A stretch of 64,000 nt of DNA from Eubacteriales bacterium (GCA_045546815.1 JAZQDN010000054.1:14801-78800), one strand, 5' to 3'; counted from the first letter of the stretch, positions 45,346-55,008 are shown. The notes: a model not told the origin generated them from the letters alone. Program-made: numbers and translations.

Positions 45346-46608
45346 CTATCTTATCGTGTCGGTGCCCTTTGCACTCTTTGACGCCTTTTTGAGATTTTGC
45401 TCGTGCTCGTCTGCGGATACCGCGTAGTAGGCGGTGGCGCCGTCGCTTATAAAGTACATATACGACGAGGTCTCGGGTGCGAGCACCGCAGCGATTGCTT
45501 CTGCCGACGGTGTCGATACAGGTCCTTTTGCAAGCCCCGAATGTATATATGTGTTGTACTCATTATCGATGTTTTTGTCGTTTATGTCAAGCTGTGCCTT
45601 GGGCTGCGGCAAAACGTAGTTTATTGGCGAGGTCAGACAGAGCGGCATCGGTGTCTGTCCGCGCAGACGGTTATAAATTATCGCCGCGGCGGTCTTGTAC
45701 ATATCGGAAGCACCGCACTCGCTTTGCAGGAGTGACGCGAACGTCACGACCTCGTCAACCGAAAAGCCCGTTGCGGTAAGTGCCGCTTTATTTTCCTCGG
45801 TAAGCACGGTTTCTTTAAAGCGTGTAAGAATTTTTTCAGTAACCGAAACCGCGCTCTCGCCGACTGACATCTCGTACTCGCCCGGCACAAAATATCCCTC
45901 GAGACGTGAGCGGCGCTCGGGAATTTTTGCTACAAAATCAAAATCTTTGTATTCGTAGTCGTTGAACGCGTGCTCAAGCTCGGTGTAGTCAAAGTATTCC
46001 TTTGAGGTGAGAAATTCCATTATCTCGTCCTGCGTACTGCCCGCTTCGATAGTGAACTTGACAGTTTCTGCCTGCACCGACGTTCTTTTGAGCTTTGAAA
46101 TAATCTGGTCATAGCCGAGGTTTGAATTGAGCGTGTAGTCGCCGTACTGATACGCGCCGTCAGCCTTTTTGAGCTTGCTGTACAGTCTGAAAACAACGGG
46201 GTGGTTGATGACACCGCCCTTTTTGAGCGCTTTTGCTATAGTCATGGTCGAGCTGCCCTGCTCAATTGATACAATAATGTTTTCATCGGGCTTTATAAAC
46301 GCAAAAACGTCATTTGCAACGTTTACAATGCCGTATGTCAGCATGATCGATACCAGCACTATCGCGCCGTAGTATGCAAACTGCTTTAAAAACGCGCGCA
46401 CGTTGTCCTGCGAAAACCACAGCTTAAAGTCAAAGCCTGCCTGCTCTTTTGGCTGTGCCTGCTTTTTCACCGTCTCCGACTTTGACGGTGCCTTCGCCCT
46501 TTGCGGTGCGGGCTTTACCTCGCTCTGTCTTTTGTATGAGCCGGTAACGCCGGGGTATGAGCCGGTTATATTCTTTTTTGGTTGCTTATTATCAGCCATT
46601 TTTCTCAC
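45346..46608 (-). CDS. mltG: Endolytic murein transglycosylase MltG (YceG-like)
   Basis: 420 aa. N-terminal basic region plus a TM helix. YceG domain with the ASLLQSE block. Confidence 0.8.
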   Translation of the reverse strand: MRKMADNKQPKKNITGSYPGVTGSYKRQSEVKPAPQRAKAPSKSETVKKQAQPKEQAGFDFKLWFSQDNVRAFLKQFAYYGAIVLVSIMLTYGIVNVANDVFAFIKPDENIIVSIEQGSSTMTIAKALKKGGVINHPVVFRLYSKLKKADGAYQYGDYTLNSNLGYDQIISKLKRTSVQAETVKFTIEAGSTQDEIMEFLTSKEYFDYTELEHAFNDYEYKDFDFVAKIPERRSRLEGYFVPGEYEMSVGESAVSVTEKILTRFKETVLTEENKAALTATGFSVDEVVTFASLLQSECGASDMYKTAAAIIYNRLRGQTPMPLCLTSPINYVLPQPKAQLDINDKNIDNEYNTYIHSGLAKGPVSTPSAEAIAAVLAPETSSYMYFISDGATAYYAVSADEHEQNLKKASKSAKGTDTIR

Positions 46609-46609
46609 C

Positions 46610-47575
46610 TTATGCCCAGAACACGTCGCTGTTGATAGCCTGTGTCGGAACCATAGTCTTTAAAAATGCAACTGCTTTTTCAAGACCTTCCTCGTTTGTC
46701 ATCATTGCATCCTCGTGCTCGATTGACAAAATTCCGTCAAAGCCTGTAAGGCGCAGCGCCGAGATCATATCCTTCCAGTTCTTTTCGTCTGTGCCGTAGC
46801 CGAGTGTTCTGAAGTACCACGCGCGGTCCTTTATCTGTGAAAGGCTTGTTGTGTCAAGCACACCGTTTACCGCAACCTTGTACGGATCAACGTATGTGTC
46901 TTTTGCGTGGAAGTGGTAAATCATACCCTCGAGGTCCTTTATAGCGGCGGCGGGGTCGATACCCTGCCAGATGAGGTGCGACGGGTCAAAGTTTGCACCG
47001 ATGATGTCGCCGACCGCGGCGCGCAGCTTTTTAAGTGTTGCGGGGTTATATACGCAAAAGCCGGGGTGCATTTCAAAAGCAATCTTTTTAATGCCGTGAG
47101 CACGCGCAAACTCGGCAGTCTCTTTCCAATATTTTATGAGAACATCCCACTGATATTCTAAAATCTTGCCAAAATCTCTCGGCCACGCGCAAGTTACCCA
47201 GTTGGGATACATCGCGTTTTCGTGGTCGCCGGGACAGCCCGAAAAACCGACTATTGTGTCAACGCCTAATTTTTCCGCAAACAAAATTGCGTTTATAAAA
47301 TCGTCGTGATACTGTTTTGCAGTCTCTTTGTTGGGGTGAACGGGATTGCCGTGAGCAGATACTGCCGAAACCGCCATTCCGTATTTATCAAGAATCGCCT
47401 TGATCTGGTCAATCTTTTCGGGTGTTTTCAAAAGCTCCTCGGGGTTGATGTGGTATTTACCGGGATAGCCGCCCGATGCAAGCTCAACCGCCTCAACACC
47501 GATGCTGTGAAGGTATTTTATCATTGACTCAAAGTCTCTGTCGTGAAAAAGCGCTGTAAGTACTCCGATTTTCAT
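46610..47575 (-). CDS. Sugar phosphate isomerase/epimerase (xylose-isomerase-like TIM barrel)
   Basis: 321 aa. Family-typical opening MKIGVLTALF...GVEAVEL. Paired with a Gfo/Idh/MocA gene. Confidence 0.75.
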   Translation of the reverse strand: MKIGVLTALFHDRDFESMIKYLHSIGVEAVELASGGYPGKYHINPEELLKTPEKIDQIKAILDKYGMAVSAVSAHGNPVHPNKETAKQYHDDFINAILFAEKLGVDTIVGFSGCPGDHENAMYPNWVTCAWPRDFGKILEYQWDVLIKYWKETAEFARAHGIKKIAFEMHPGFCVYNPATLKKLRAAVGDIIGANFDPSHLIWQGIDPAAAIKDLEGMIYHFHAKDTYVDPYKVAVNGVLDTTSLSQIKDRAWYFRTLGYGTDEKNWKDMISALRLTGFDGILSIEHEDAMMTNEEGLEKAVAFLKTMVPTQAINSDVFWA

Positions 47576-47578
47576 ATG

Positions 47579-48673
47579 TTATTCCTCCGTGAAATAGAAT
47601 GGTTTACCTGTTTTTGCCGAAATGTAGATGCCCTCGAGTATCTGTGATACAACGAGTGCCTGCTCGGGTGTGCAGCGGGGATTTGTGCCGTTTTCGATAG
47701 CGGTGTAAAACTCGCGCGCTTCCTTGTCGGCGGGCTTTTCCTTTTTGCCGTCAAAGTATGCAGCACCTTTTGCGTTTGTAAGCGGCTTTATATCAACCTG
47801 CTTGCCGTGACGCACGGTGTTGAGCACAAGCTCGCCGTCGTACATTTCCGACCCGCCCTTTGTGCCGCAAAGCGCAAACTTTGCTTCGCAGGGGTGGCTT
47901 GTGTTGAGTGCCCACGACGACTGTAAAATGATTGTTGCGCCGTTTTCCATCACAACAAAGCCGAAAGCCGAGTCCTCAACGGTAAACTTTTCGGGGTCCC
48001 AGTCGCCCCAGTCGTTGCCCGTGTCGGTGTCGCCGTTCAGCTTGTGGTAAACGGTGCCGACGCAGTATCTGGGCTTGTAGTTGTTCATTGTCCAGAGCGT
48101 GAGGTCAAGTGCGTGCGTACCGATATCGATAAGCGGTCCTCCCCCTTGCTCTTTTTCGTTTAAGAACACGCCCCAGGTGGGAACGGCACGTCTGCGGATA
48201 GCATAGGCGCGCGCCATATACACCTCGCCGAAAAAGCCGTCCTCTGCCTCTGCCTTAACATATTCTGCCTCGGGTGTAAAGCGGCTCTGATATCCGATCG
48301 TGAGTATAACGCCCGTCTTTTTCGCGGTTTGTGCCATAAGCTTTGCCTCGGCTGCGTTTATTGCCATCGGCTTTTCGCAAAGCACGTGCTTGCCCGCGTT
48401 CATTGCCGCGCAGGATATTTCGCAGTGCGAGCGGTTGGGGGTGCACACGTGCACCGCGTCAACGTCCGAATTTACAACGTCCATATAGTTTTCTGTGACA
48501 ATCGCGCCCTCTGCGCCGTATTGCTCCCGTGCTTTTTTGGCACGCTCGGGAATTATATCGCAAAAATAAGTGATTTCAACATTATCGAGGTTTGCAAGAG
48601 CGGGCAGGTGCTTGCCGTTTGCAATGCCGCCGCAACCTATGATACCGACTTTGAATATTTTAGACATAGCCAT
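47579..48673 (-). CDS. Gfo/Idh/MocA-family NAD(P)-dependent oxidoreductase
   Basis: 364 aa. Rossmann opening KVGIIGCGGIANGKH and an EKP motif (LCEKPMA). Confidence 0.85.
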   Translation of the reverse strand: MAMSKIFKVGIIGCGGIANGKHLPALANLDNVEITYFCDIIPERAKKAREQYGAEGAIVTENYMDVVNSDVDAVHVCTPNRSHCEISCAAMNAGKHVLCEKPMAINAAEAKLMAQTAKKTGVILTIGYQSRFTPEAEYVKAEAEDGFFGEVYMARAYAIRRRAVPTWGVFLNEKEQGGGPLIDIGTHALDLTLWTMNNYKPRYCVGTVYHKLNGDTDTGNDWGDWDPEKFTVEDSAFGFVVMENGATIILQSSWALNTSHPCEAKFALCGTKGGSEMYDGELVLNTVRHGKQVDIKPLTNAKGAAYFDGKKEKPADKEAREFYTAIENGTNPRCTPEQALVVSQILEGIYISAKTGKPFYFTEE

Positions 48674-48805
48674 GTCCTCCTTATATTAGTATCCATTTTA
48701 ATTATATACCTTATCACTTTAAAGTCAACACGGCAATTTGTAAAAATGTTGAAAAAGAAAAAATAGTATGCTAAAATATTTAAAAACGTAAAGGGGACAA
48801 TAGAT

Positions 48806-49456
48806 ATGAACGATATCAAAAGCAATCCGCTAAAGTATATAAAAACATTTTCGCTGGTGTATATTATCTGCGCCGTTGTTTCGCAGGTTATTTATCACGC
48901 CGCCTGTGCAATTGTTTATCAAATGCCTGTAACGATTCCGATGCTTCTCTGGTCGGTTATCGACCTGGTGCCGTATGGCTTGTTTATGCTGTATATTTTT
49001 GCTTTTTGCGAAAAAGATGTAAAAAGCCCGATTTTACCTATATCTTTTATTGCAGCGTGTGTATTAAATATTGTTTATATTTTTTCAGATATAAGCGTAA
49101 TAATAAGATTTGTAACCGTCAGCAGTATGTCGCACCTGCTAATAACTAAAATTATAAGCATTATGTTTACTTTTTTGGGCACTGTTATTTTTGCGCTTCT
49201 GGCAATCGACTGCTTTATAGGCTTTAAATTCAGAGGCTTTGCGCAGGTGCTTGTAATTTTACAGATAGTTTTAATGCTTGCGCAATTTTTGCCGACTATG
49301 ATTATCTATTTGATTTTTAATGTTTCTTTGGAAGGAATCAGCTATTACAACTGGTTTATCAGCCTGTTGCCGATACTCGCATCGGTTACATATTTTATAT
49401 TCTGGAGATTTGCAATCCCCGCCTTGCGCGAGGATAAAACAAAGGAGCAGCTTTAA
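48806..49456 (+). CDS. Integral membrane protein, unknown function
   Basis: 216 aa, about 6 hydrophobic helices. The stop overlaps the next start (TAATG). Confidence 0.5.
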   Translation: MNDIKSNPLKYIKTFSLVYIICAVVSQVIYHAACAIVYQMPVTIPMLLWSVIDLVPYGLFMLYIFAFCEKDVKSPILPISFIAACVLNIVYIFSDISVIIRFVTVSSMSHLLITKIISIMFTFLGTVIFALLAIDCFIGFKFRGFAQVLVILQIVLMLAQFLPTMIIYLIFNVSLEGISYYNWFISLLPILASVTYFIFWRFAIPALREDKTKEQL

Positions 49457-49989
49457 TGGGAAACGACCTCGAAAACAGTACAATACTGCCGTTTGTGAGT
49501 GCGCTCACCGCGGCAAAAATATTTGGAATAATCGTGGTGCTTGCGGTGGCGATTTTTGTTATCCGCGCGATCGTGTACAAGCGTGCACTCGGACTGCGCC
49601 GCGGTCCTACTGCGTTTTTCTTTAACGCGCTTATTGCAATCGTTTTTAACTGCGCGCTGTATACCTTCTTTTATTGGAAGTGGGCGCTGCCCGTGTCATT
49701 TGTCATTACGCTTGTGTATATGTCGGCAACGTGGCACGAGGTAAAGGAGGGGAACTCCGAGGAGCGCATCGGCGTGTGGGGTCTTAATAAAGATATCCGC
49801 GCTGTCCGCGGCGAACTTTTCAATGAGATGTCAAAGGAAGAGCAGATCGAATACACCAAAAAGGTGAAGGAATACAAGTTTTACTGGCCGCTGTTCATTT
49901 TGCTGTGCGTCGGCGCACCGGTAGCCATTGCGGCGCTGTGGAAGATAGCGGGTCTTGGCTTTTTGTGGTCACCCATTGTAATTGGATAA
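49456..49989 (+). CDS. Membrane protein, unknown function
   Basis: 177 aa, 4 hydrophobic segments. Translationally coupled to the previous gene. Confidence 0.5.
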   Translation: MGNDLENSTILPFVSALTAAKIFGIIVVLAVAIFVIRAIVYKRALGLRRGPTAFFFNALIAIVFNCALYTFFYWKWALPVSFVITLVYMSATWHEVKEGNSEERIGVWGLNKDIRAVRGELFNEMSKEEQIEYTKKVKEYKFYWPLFILLCVGAPVAIAALWKIAGLGFLWSPIVIG

Positions 49990-50138
49990 TAAAAAGGCGT
50001 TTCGGGGGTTTATATAGATACAGATATATAATGCAAACACAAATATTTGTGCAATATAAACAAAAAAACAAACAATTGTTTACAACTTACAAGAAATATG
50101 ATATAATTAAACCGACAAATAAATAAGGGGGTTTTATA

Positions 50139-50213
50139 ATGACAAACACAAATGAAAAAACCGCCTTTGCACTCTGGCGGGGGAGGCTCAAGATTGTGAT
50201 TTACTGCGCATAA
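50139..50213 (+). CDS. Candidate 24-codon leader/mini-ORF (MTNTNEKTAFALWRGRLKIVIYCA)
   Basis: ATG 50139 lies 7 nt after AAGGGGG. The ORF overlaps mutually exclusive stem options in the leader of the metzincin gene. Too short for the ORF track. Confidence 0.25.
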   Translation: MTNTNEKTAFALWRGRLKIVIYCA

Positions 50214-50291
50214 GGCGGTAAATACACTTACAATATCGGCTTATGCGCTTATGTTTAGAAATTTAAAAAACTAATATAAGGAGTAAAGCCA

Positions 50292-51899
50292 ATGAAAAAA
50301 CGATTTATATCATACCTTGTTGTTATGACAATGATTTTTGCGCTTTTGTCGTCGTTTTCATTTACGGCAAATGCCTTGGATTCAACAACAAACAAATACA
50401 CATATATCCGTATGGCACCGTACTGGACAGCCGAAGTGGTTGACGAACTCACATCGGGCTACAGTATAACTATTCTCGAAAGAGAATATACATATTTGTA
50501 TGTTCAGTATTATAAAGACGGGGTGTATAAACGCGGATATATGCCAAAGGCAGATACAAGTGCTACAGGATATTCGTGGTGTCAGCATAATGAATATAAC
50601 AGCGGATATAACTCGACAGCCTATGCTCAAACGGTTTATTACCGCCCAGGCGGTGCATCGTGTGGTACTATTGATGCCAACGAGGGAGAGGTAAGTAACA
50701 AGCCGTTGCTTGTACTGCATGTTGACGATGATACTAACTATGCTTTTATACAATATGTTACAAACACGTCAAATGACGGCAGTGCACACGTGTTGTTCAA
50801 ACGCGGCTGGGTGCCGACAAGTGTTATAACTGTTACTAATAAAACATACCCGGCAGGAGTAAATCAAAATAGATATTATTACATAAAAAATGTTGCAACA
50901 GGAAAGTATCTTGATTTGCAAAGCTACTCTGCGGGAAATGTAAATGGCGGTAACATTCATATTTGGGACTTTCACGGAAGCTATAATCAGGAGTGGAAGC
51001 TTTTGCCTATAATCAGCGGTGGTTCAACCTATGTAAAGCTTGCAACAAACCAAGGTACACAAAACAGAGTTATACGAATAGCGGAGGCAACTGCGGTTGT
51101 TGGTAATAACGTGGAACTGTATACACAGGGTAATCCGTCAAAGGATCAAGAGTTTGTTTTTGAAAAAGTGGGTGACTACTACCAAATAAAAGCTCGTTGT
51201 GGTTCGAACTATATGGTTTTGGGCGTAAACCCGGGTGACAGCGGCACAGGCGGCGATTTATATTTGCGTTATCCTGACGGCAGTAATTATAATAAGTGGA
51301 TATTAGAGGTGGCTTATGTAGCGGGCGAAGACTACCATTATAGCGAGCTTGGAAAAATATCATCAGATATTGCTAATGGTATTAATGCTAAATATAGAGT
51401 AAATAGCATAAATAATAATGCATCGGGTTTCTATGGGTCGACAATACCCAATGTAAATTATAGTGAATTGCTTAATGAAGTGTTTGCATCTTGGAATAGT
51501 AAAGTCAATACAAATATAACAGTAGGTGCTGACGAAGCTTCAAACAATATAATATCTCGCAGTGTTTTAAATGATTATATTGTAACTGATTATGAGCACG
51601 ACGATACAGGCTATCTTTTGGGTGTGACTTCCGAGGATTTGGGTAATGGCAAAAGAGATATAACATTATATTATAATAACATTATTGATTATTGTGAAGG
51701 ACAAGGTTATTCTTTAGAACAATTCGAATCGGTTTGGAAACACACGCTTTCACATGAGATTGGTCACACTTTGAGTTTAGGCCACGCGAATGACAGAATT
51801 CAAGAATCACTGATGGCATATGACAGAGATCAGTCAAATTTTTTACCCCCTGCAAATGTTGATATTGCAGCGGTAAAAAAGAGCTATAGTACTAAATAG
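50292..51899 (+). CDS. Secreted multidomain protein: SH3b-like x2, ricin-type beta-trefoil lectin, C-terminal metzincin-like zinc protease
   Basis: 535 aa. Signal peptide ...SFSFTANA-LD. Three QxW-like repeats (QEW, QEF, NKW). HEIGHTLSLGH at 51753..51785 (HExxHxxxxxH spacing) followed by SLMAY (Met-turn-like). Confidence 0.65.
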   Translation: MKKRFISYLVVMTMIFALLSSFSFTANALDSTTNKYTYIRMAPYWTAEVVDELTSGYSITILEREYTYLYVQYYKDGVYKRGYMPKADTSATGYSWCQHNEYNSGYNSTAYAQTVYYRPGGASCGTIDANEGEVSNKPLLVLHVDDDTNYAFIQYVTNTSNDGSAHVLFKRGWVPTSVITVTNKTYPAGVNQNRYYYIKNVATGKYLDLQSYSAGNVNGGNIHIWDFHGSYNQEWKLLPIISGGSTYVKLATNQGTQNRVIRIAEATAVVGNNVELYTQGNPSKDQEFVFEKVGDYYQIKARCGSNYMVLGVNPGDSGTGGDLYLRYPDGSNYNKWILEVAYVAGEDYHYSELGKISSDIANGINAKYRVNSINNNASGFYGSTIPNVNYSELLNEVFASWNSKVNTNITVGADEASNNIISRSVLNDYIVTDYEHDDTGYLLGVTSEDLGNGKRDITLYYNNIIDYCEGQGYSLEQFESVWKHTLSHEIGHTLSLGHANDRIQESLMAYDRDQSNFLPPANVDIAAVKKSYSTK

Positions 51900-51914
51900 G
51901 AAAAGGAGAAAGCT

Positions 51915-52730
51915 ATGAAAAGATGTTTTTTATTATCAATAGTTTTAGCGTTGTTGCTTACACTTTGCGGCTGCAACAATTCTAATACAGATAACAACAC
52001 ACAGCAAGAGATAGATGCAACTCCTGATACAGACGTACCAAATGAATCAAAGTCGGACGCATTGATTGTGGATGCCGGCATAACTATAGATAATTTATAT
52101 CTTGCAGTTCGAGATATCTTTACAGCAAAGGTGGTAAAAAAGATAGGCGAAATTGATGACAGTGATTTTGGCAATTATGGCAATCATTATGCGACCCCTA
52201 TTTTGTATCATGTTGAGGTGCTGGAGTCAATATGTACACAGGTTGTAACAGAAAAACAAACAATAAAGCTTGTCAATTATGAAATATATGACCAAAATGT
52301 AAGTTATTTTGCAAAGCCGCTTGAGGTAGGCAAAACATATCTTTTTGGCGGGATGGCACAGGTTGCAGGGAATAGTGTGGTATTTGTTGATACCGGAGTA
52401 ATTTGTTCTGAAATTTCAAAGGGTAAGCTTATACCAATTAACTCGGTTGCACAAAATAATTATTTAAAGGATATAAAAACTCTTGATGAAATTAAAAACT
52501 GTCTTGGTGTGAGCGCTTTAAAAAAACAACTCACCGTTCAGTCGTTACCCACGACTTTTGTTAATGATTACACTGTAAAAAATAACGGAAAGGAAATATC
52601 GCTTAACTCAACTACCGTTTCTACAGCGGATTATAACAGTTATTTATCGGTTCTTCGTGAGGCGGTTAAGGTGGGTAGCAAAGAAACACTTACCAAGATT
52701 GCGGACAACCAAACATCAGAAAGCAAATAA
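51915..52730 (+). CDS. Putative lipoprotein co-transcribed with the metzincin-like gene
   Basis: 271 aa. Lipobox LLLTLCGC-NN. 15-nt gap with an AGGAGA RBS. Confidence 0.6.
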   Translation: MKRCFLLSIVLALLLTLCGCNNSNTDNNTQQEIDATPDTDVPNESKSDALIVDAGITIDNLYLAVRDIFTAKVVKKIGEIDDSDFGNYGNHYATPILYHVEVLESICTQVVTEKQTIKLVNYEIYDQNVSYFAKPLEVGKTYLFGGMAQVAGNSVVFVDTGVICSEISKGKLIPINSVAQNNYLKDIKTLDEIKNCLGVSALKKQLTVQSLPTTFVNDYTVKNNGKEISLNSTTVSTADYNSYLSVLREAVKVGSKETLTKIADNQTSESK

Positions 52731-52736
52731 CCACAC

Positions 52737-52764
52737 AAAAAAGCGTTGCAATTGCAACGCTTTT
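52737..52764. terminator. Bidirectional intrinsic terminator
   Basis: A6-gcgttgc-aatt-gcaacgc-T4. Confidence 0.8.
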
Positions 52765-52769
52765 CATTA

Positions 52770-53201
52770 TTATGCTGTCTGTACCTTTTGTTTTCTGAAA
52801 ACCTTGTTTCCGAGTGCTTTTACGCAAAGGCGGAGCGTTTTGCAGTCGGCTTTCATAACCTCTTTGCGACGGTTTAACAGAATTTTTATTGCAATACGCA
52901 TATTCTTGTCATAAACGCTGTTTTGCATGGCGCTTATCGCCCTGAGTGCGTTTTTGCGCACGTCAAATCCGTTCATTAAAAACAAAAGCGTGATCTGCGG
53001 TGCGTAGGTCGCGGGTCGCAGTGTGTCGCCCTCGGCACAAAAGCCGTCAAAAATAACTGCAAGCACAGTTTCTCCGTACTCGTTTACGGCGTTGGGGTCT
53101 GCGCCCAGCTCAAACAATCTGTTTACCTGCACAAAGCTCGGCTCGTCCTTTTTGCACTCCGCTATTAAAAGTTTTTCAATATATCCAATTTGTTTTTTCA
53201 T
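52770..53201 (-). CDS. Small ankyrin-repeat-like protein (tentative)
   Basis: 143 aa. LFELGADPNAVNEYGETVLAV resembles an ankyrin repeat core. Confidence 0.35.
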   Translation of the reverse strand: MKKQIGYIEKLLIAECKKDEPSFVQVNRLFELGADPNAVNEYGETVLAVIFDGFCAEGDTLRPATYAPQITLLFLMNGFDVRKNALRAISAMQNSVYDKNMRIAIKILLNRRKEVMKADCKTLRLCVKALGNKVFRKQKVQTA

Positions 53202-53276
53202 TTTATTTTACCTCCGTTTTTTGTTTACACCTATATTCTAAAAGATATAGTGTACAATAAAACGGACAGTAAAATA

Positions 53277-53768
53277 TTATTTTAAAAATTTAAAAGAGTT
53301 GTCGCGGGGTGCCTCGTGCTCAATTATTCTCGGCTTTTGCAAAACAACCGTTGCGTTGTCGGGAATATCGGTAAACACAACGCAGTTTGCACCGATGCGC
53401 ACGTTGTTGCCTATAGTGATGTTGCCTATAATTTTTGCGCCCGCGCCGATATAAACATTATCCTTGATCGTAGGTGCACCGCCCGATTTTGCGTCGTCAA
53501 GCGTGTTTGAACCGATTGTCACGTGCTGAAATATCGTGCAGCTTTTGCCTATTTTCGCGCCCTGCGAAATAAAAATGCCGTAAAGCTGATGAGGCGTAGA
53601 AAAAGGCTGTATGCCTTTTGTAACAGGGATGTACGCGCCGTATTTTTCAGCGCGGCGGCGACATTTTATACCGTGAAGGAGCGAGCCGCTCTGTGCTTTT
53701 TTATAGCTTTTCCAGAACGAGTCGGTATCGTTTTTGTAAAGCAGCTTTCTAACAAATTTTTTTATCAT
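53277..53768 (-). CDS. Hexapeptide-repeat (left-handed beta-helix) serine O-acetyltransferase-like protein
   Basis: 163 aa. Repeated [LIV]G-x4 hexapeptides (VYIGAGAKIIGNITIGNNVRIGANCVV). Confidence 0.7.
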   Translation of the reverse strand: MIKKFVRKLLYKNDTDSFWKSYKKAQSGSLLHGIKCRRRAEKYGAYIPVTKGIQPFSTPHQLYGIFISQGAKIGKSCTIFQHVTIGSNTLDDAKSGGAPTIKDNVYIGAGAKIIGNITIGNNVRIGANCVVFTDIPDNATVVLQKPRIIEHEAPRDNSFKFLK

Positions 53769-54325
53769 AAGAACCAGACCTTTGAGTTTGTACTTGAAAC
53801 GGCGATTGCGCCCGCCGACAGCGCGTTTACAACGTCGTCTTTGTCGCGGATAAGACCGCCTGCAATAATCGGCTTGTCACACTGCGACACAATGTGCGAA
53901 ATGATCTTGGGCATAACGCCGGGCAGCACCTCATAGGCGTCGGCGTCGTTTGACAGCGCCGCACGCGAGATGGTGTCAAGCGCCATTGAATCGAGCAGGA
54001 AAAAGCGGCGGATTGCAATGAGCCCCTGCTGCTTTGCATAGCGTGTCAGTGCACTTTTTGTTGATATGATGCCGTCTGCGCGGGTGTGCTCTTTTATGTA
54101 ATCAATACCGATCTCACGCGACGCAAGCCCGTCAATGAGGTCAACGTGAACGATAGCGAGCTTGCCCGCTTCCTTGACCGTTGACACAAGGCTGTCGATT
54201 GAGCAGATATCGCCAAACAGCAAAAAAATCATATTGCTGTCGCACGCTAGGCTCTCGCTCAGCTCCTCCTCGCTTTTTACCGCGGCAACAATCGGCACAT
54301 CTTCAAAAAAATCAGAAAATTGCAT
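53765..54325 (-). CDS. glpP: Glycerol-3-phosphate-responsive antiterminator GlpP-like
   Basis: 186 aa, collinear with remembered B. subtilis GlpP (PIVAAV...HVDLIDGL...GIISTKS...AIRRFFLLDS...VLPGVMPKII...IAGGLIR). Confidence 0.75.
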   Translation of the reverse strand: MQFSDFFEDVPIVAAVKSEEELSESLACDSNMIFLLFGDICSIDSLVSTVKEAGKLAIVHVDLIDGLASREIGIDYIKEHTRADGIISTKSALTRYAKQQGLIAIRRFFLLDSMALDTISRAALSNDADAYEVLPGVMPKIISHIVSQCDKPIIAGGLIRDKDDVVNALSAGAIAVSSTNSKVWFL

Positions 54326-54393
54326 ATCTTCGCCCCCTTTTATTTTATTATAGTAACCGCAAACCGCTTTGTAAAGAAAATTGTCTCAAATAC

Positions 54394-54422
54394 TTTACAA
54401 ACAGTAATGCAGATGATAAAAT
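54394..54422 (+). promoter_or_regulatory. Candidate sigma-A promoter of pyrR
   Basis: TTTACA (54394..54399), 17 nt, TAAAAT (54417..54422). The -35 overlaps one arm of the inverted repeat tttgtaaag (54368..54376) / ctttacaaa (54393..54401). Confidence 0.5.
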
Positions 54423-54451
54423 TTTTATACTTTTTACGGAGTGTAAATTAT

Positions 54452-54970
54452 ATGCAGATAATACTTGACGGCGATGCGATGCGGCGCACACTTTTGCGGC
54501 TTTCGCACCAGATAATCGAAAAAAATAAAGACAGCACCCAGCTGCATATTGTCGGCATCTGCCGCAGGGGAGTGTGCCTTGCAGACATTATTGCAGACAA
54601 TATAAAGACTATCTCGGACAAGTCGGTAACTACCGGTAAGGTGGATGTTACCCTCTACCGCGACGACGTTTTGGACGGCAGTCAGCCCGCGGTGCACGGG
54701 ACCGATATCCCGTTTGACGTAAACGGCAAGATAATAATTCTTGTTGATGACGTTTTGTATACGGGACGCACCGCCCGCGCCGCAATCGATGCGATTATCA
54801 AGCTGGGCAGACCCGCCTGTATACAGTATGCGGTGCTCGTCGACCGCGGTCACAGAGAGCTGCCAATAAGAGGCGACTTTGTCGGTAAGAACATCCCCAC
54901 CCACGCAAACGAGCGCGTTTACGTTCAGGTGCCCGAGTATGACAACGAGTTTCGGGTGATAGTCAGCTGA
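54452..54970 (+). CDS. pyrR: Bifunctional pyrimidine operon regulator / uracil phosphoribosyltransferase PyrR
   Basis: ATG 54452 gives MQIILDGDAMRRTLLRLSHQIIEKN. PRPP-binding motif IILVDDVLYTGRT. Confidence 0.85.
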   Translation: MQIILDGDAMRRTLLRLSHQIIEKNKDSTQLHIVGICRRGVCLADIIADNIKTISDKSVTTGKVDVTLYRDDVLDGSQPAVHGTDIPFDVNGKIIILVDDVLYTGRTARAAIDAIIKLGRPACIQYAVLVDRGHRELPIRGDFVGKNIPTHANERVYVQVPEYDNEFRVIVS

Positions 54971-54979
54971 AATTTTATA

Positions 54980-55008
54980 AAAAACAGATACGCTTTGTAT
55001 CTGTTTTT
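54980..55008 (+). terminator. Intrinsic terminator
   Basis: A5-cagatac-gcttt-gtatctg-T5. Confidence 0.85.
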
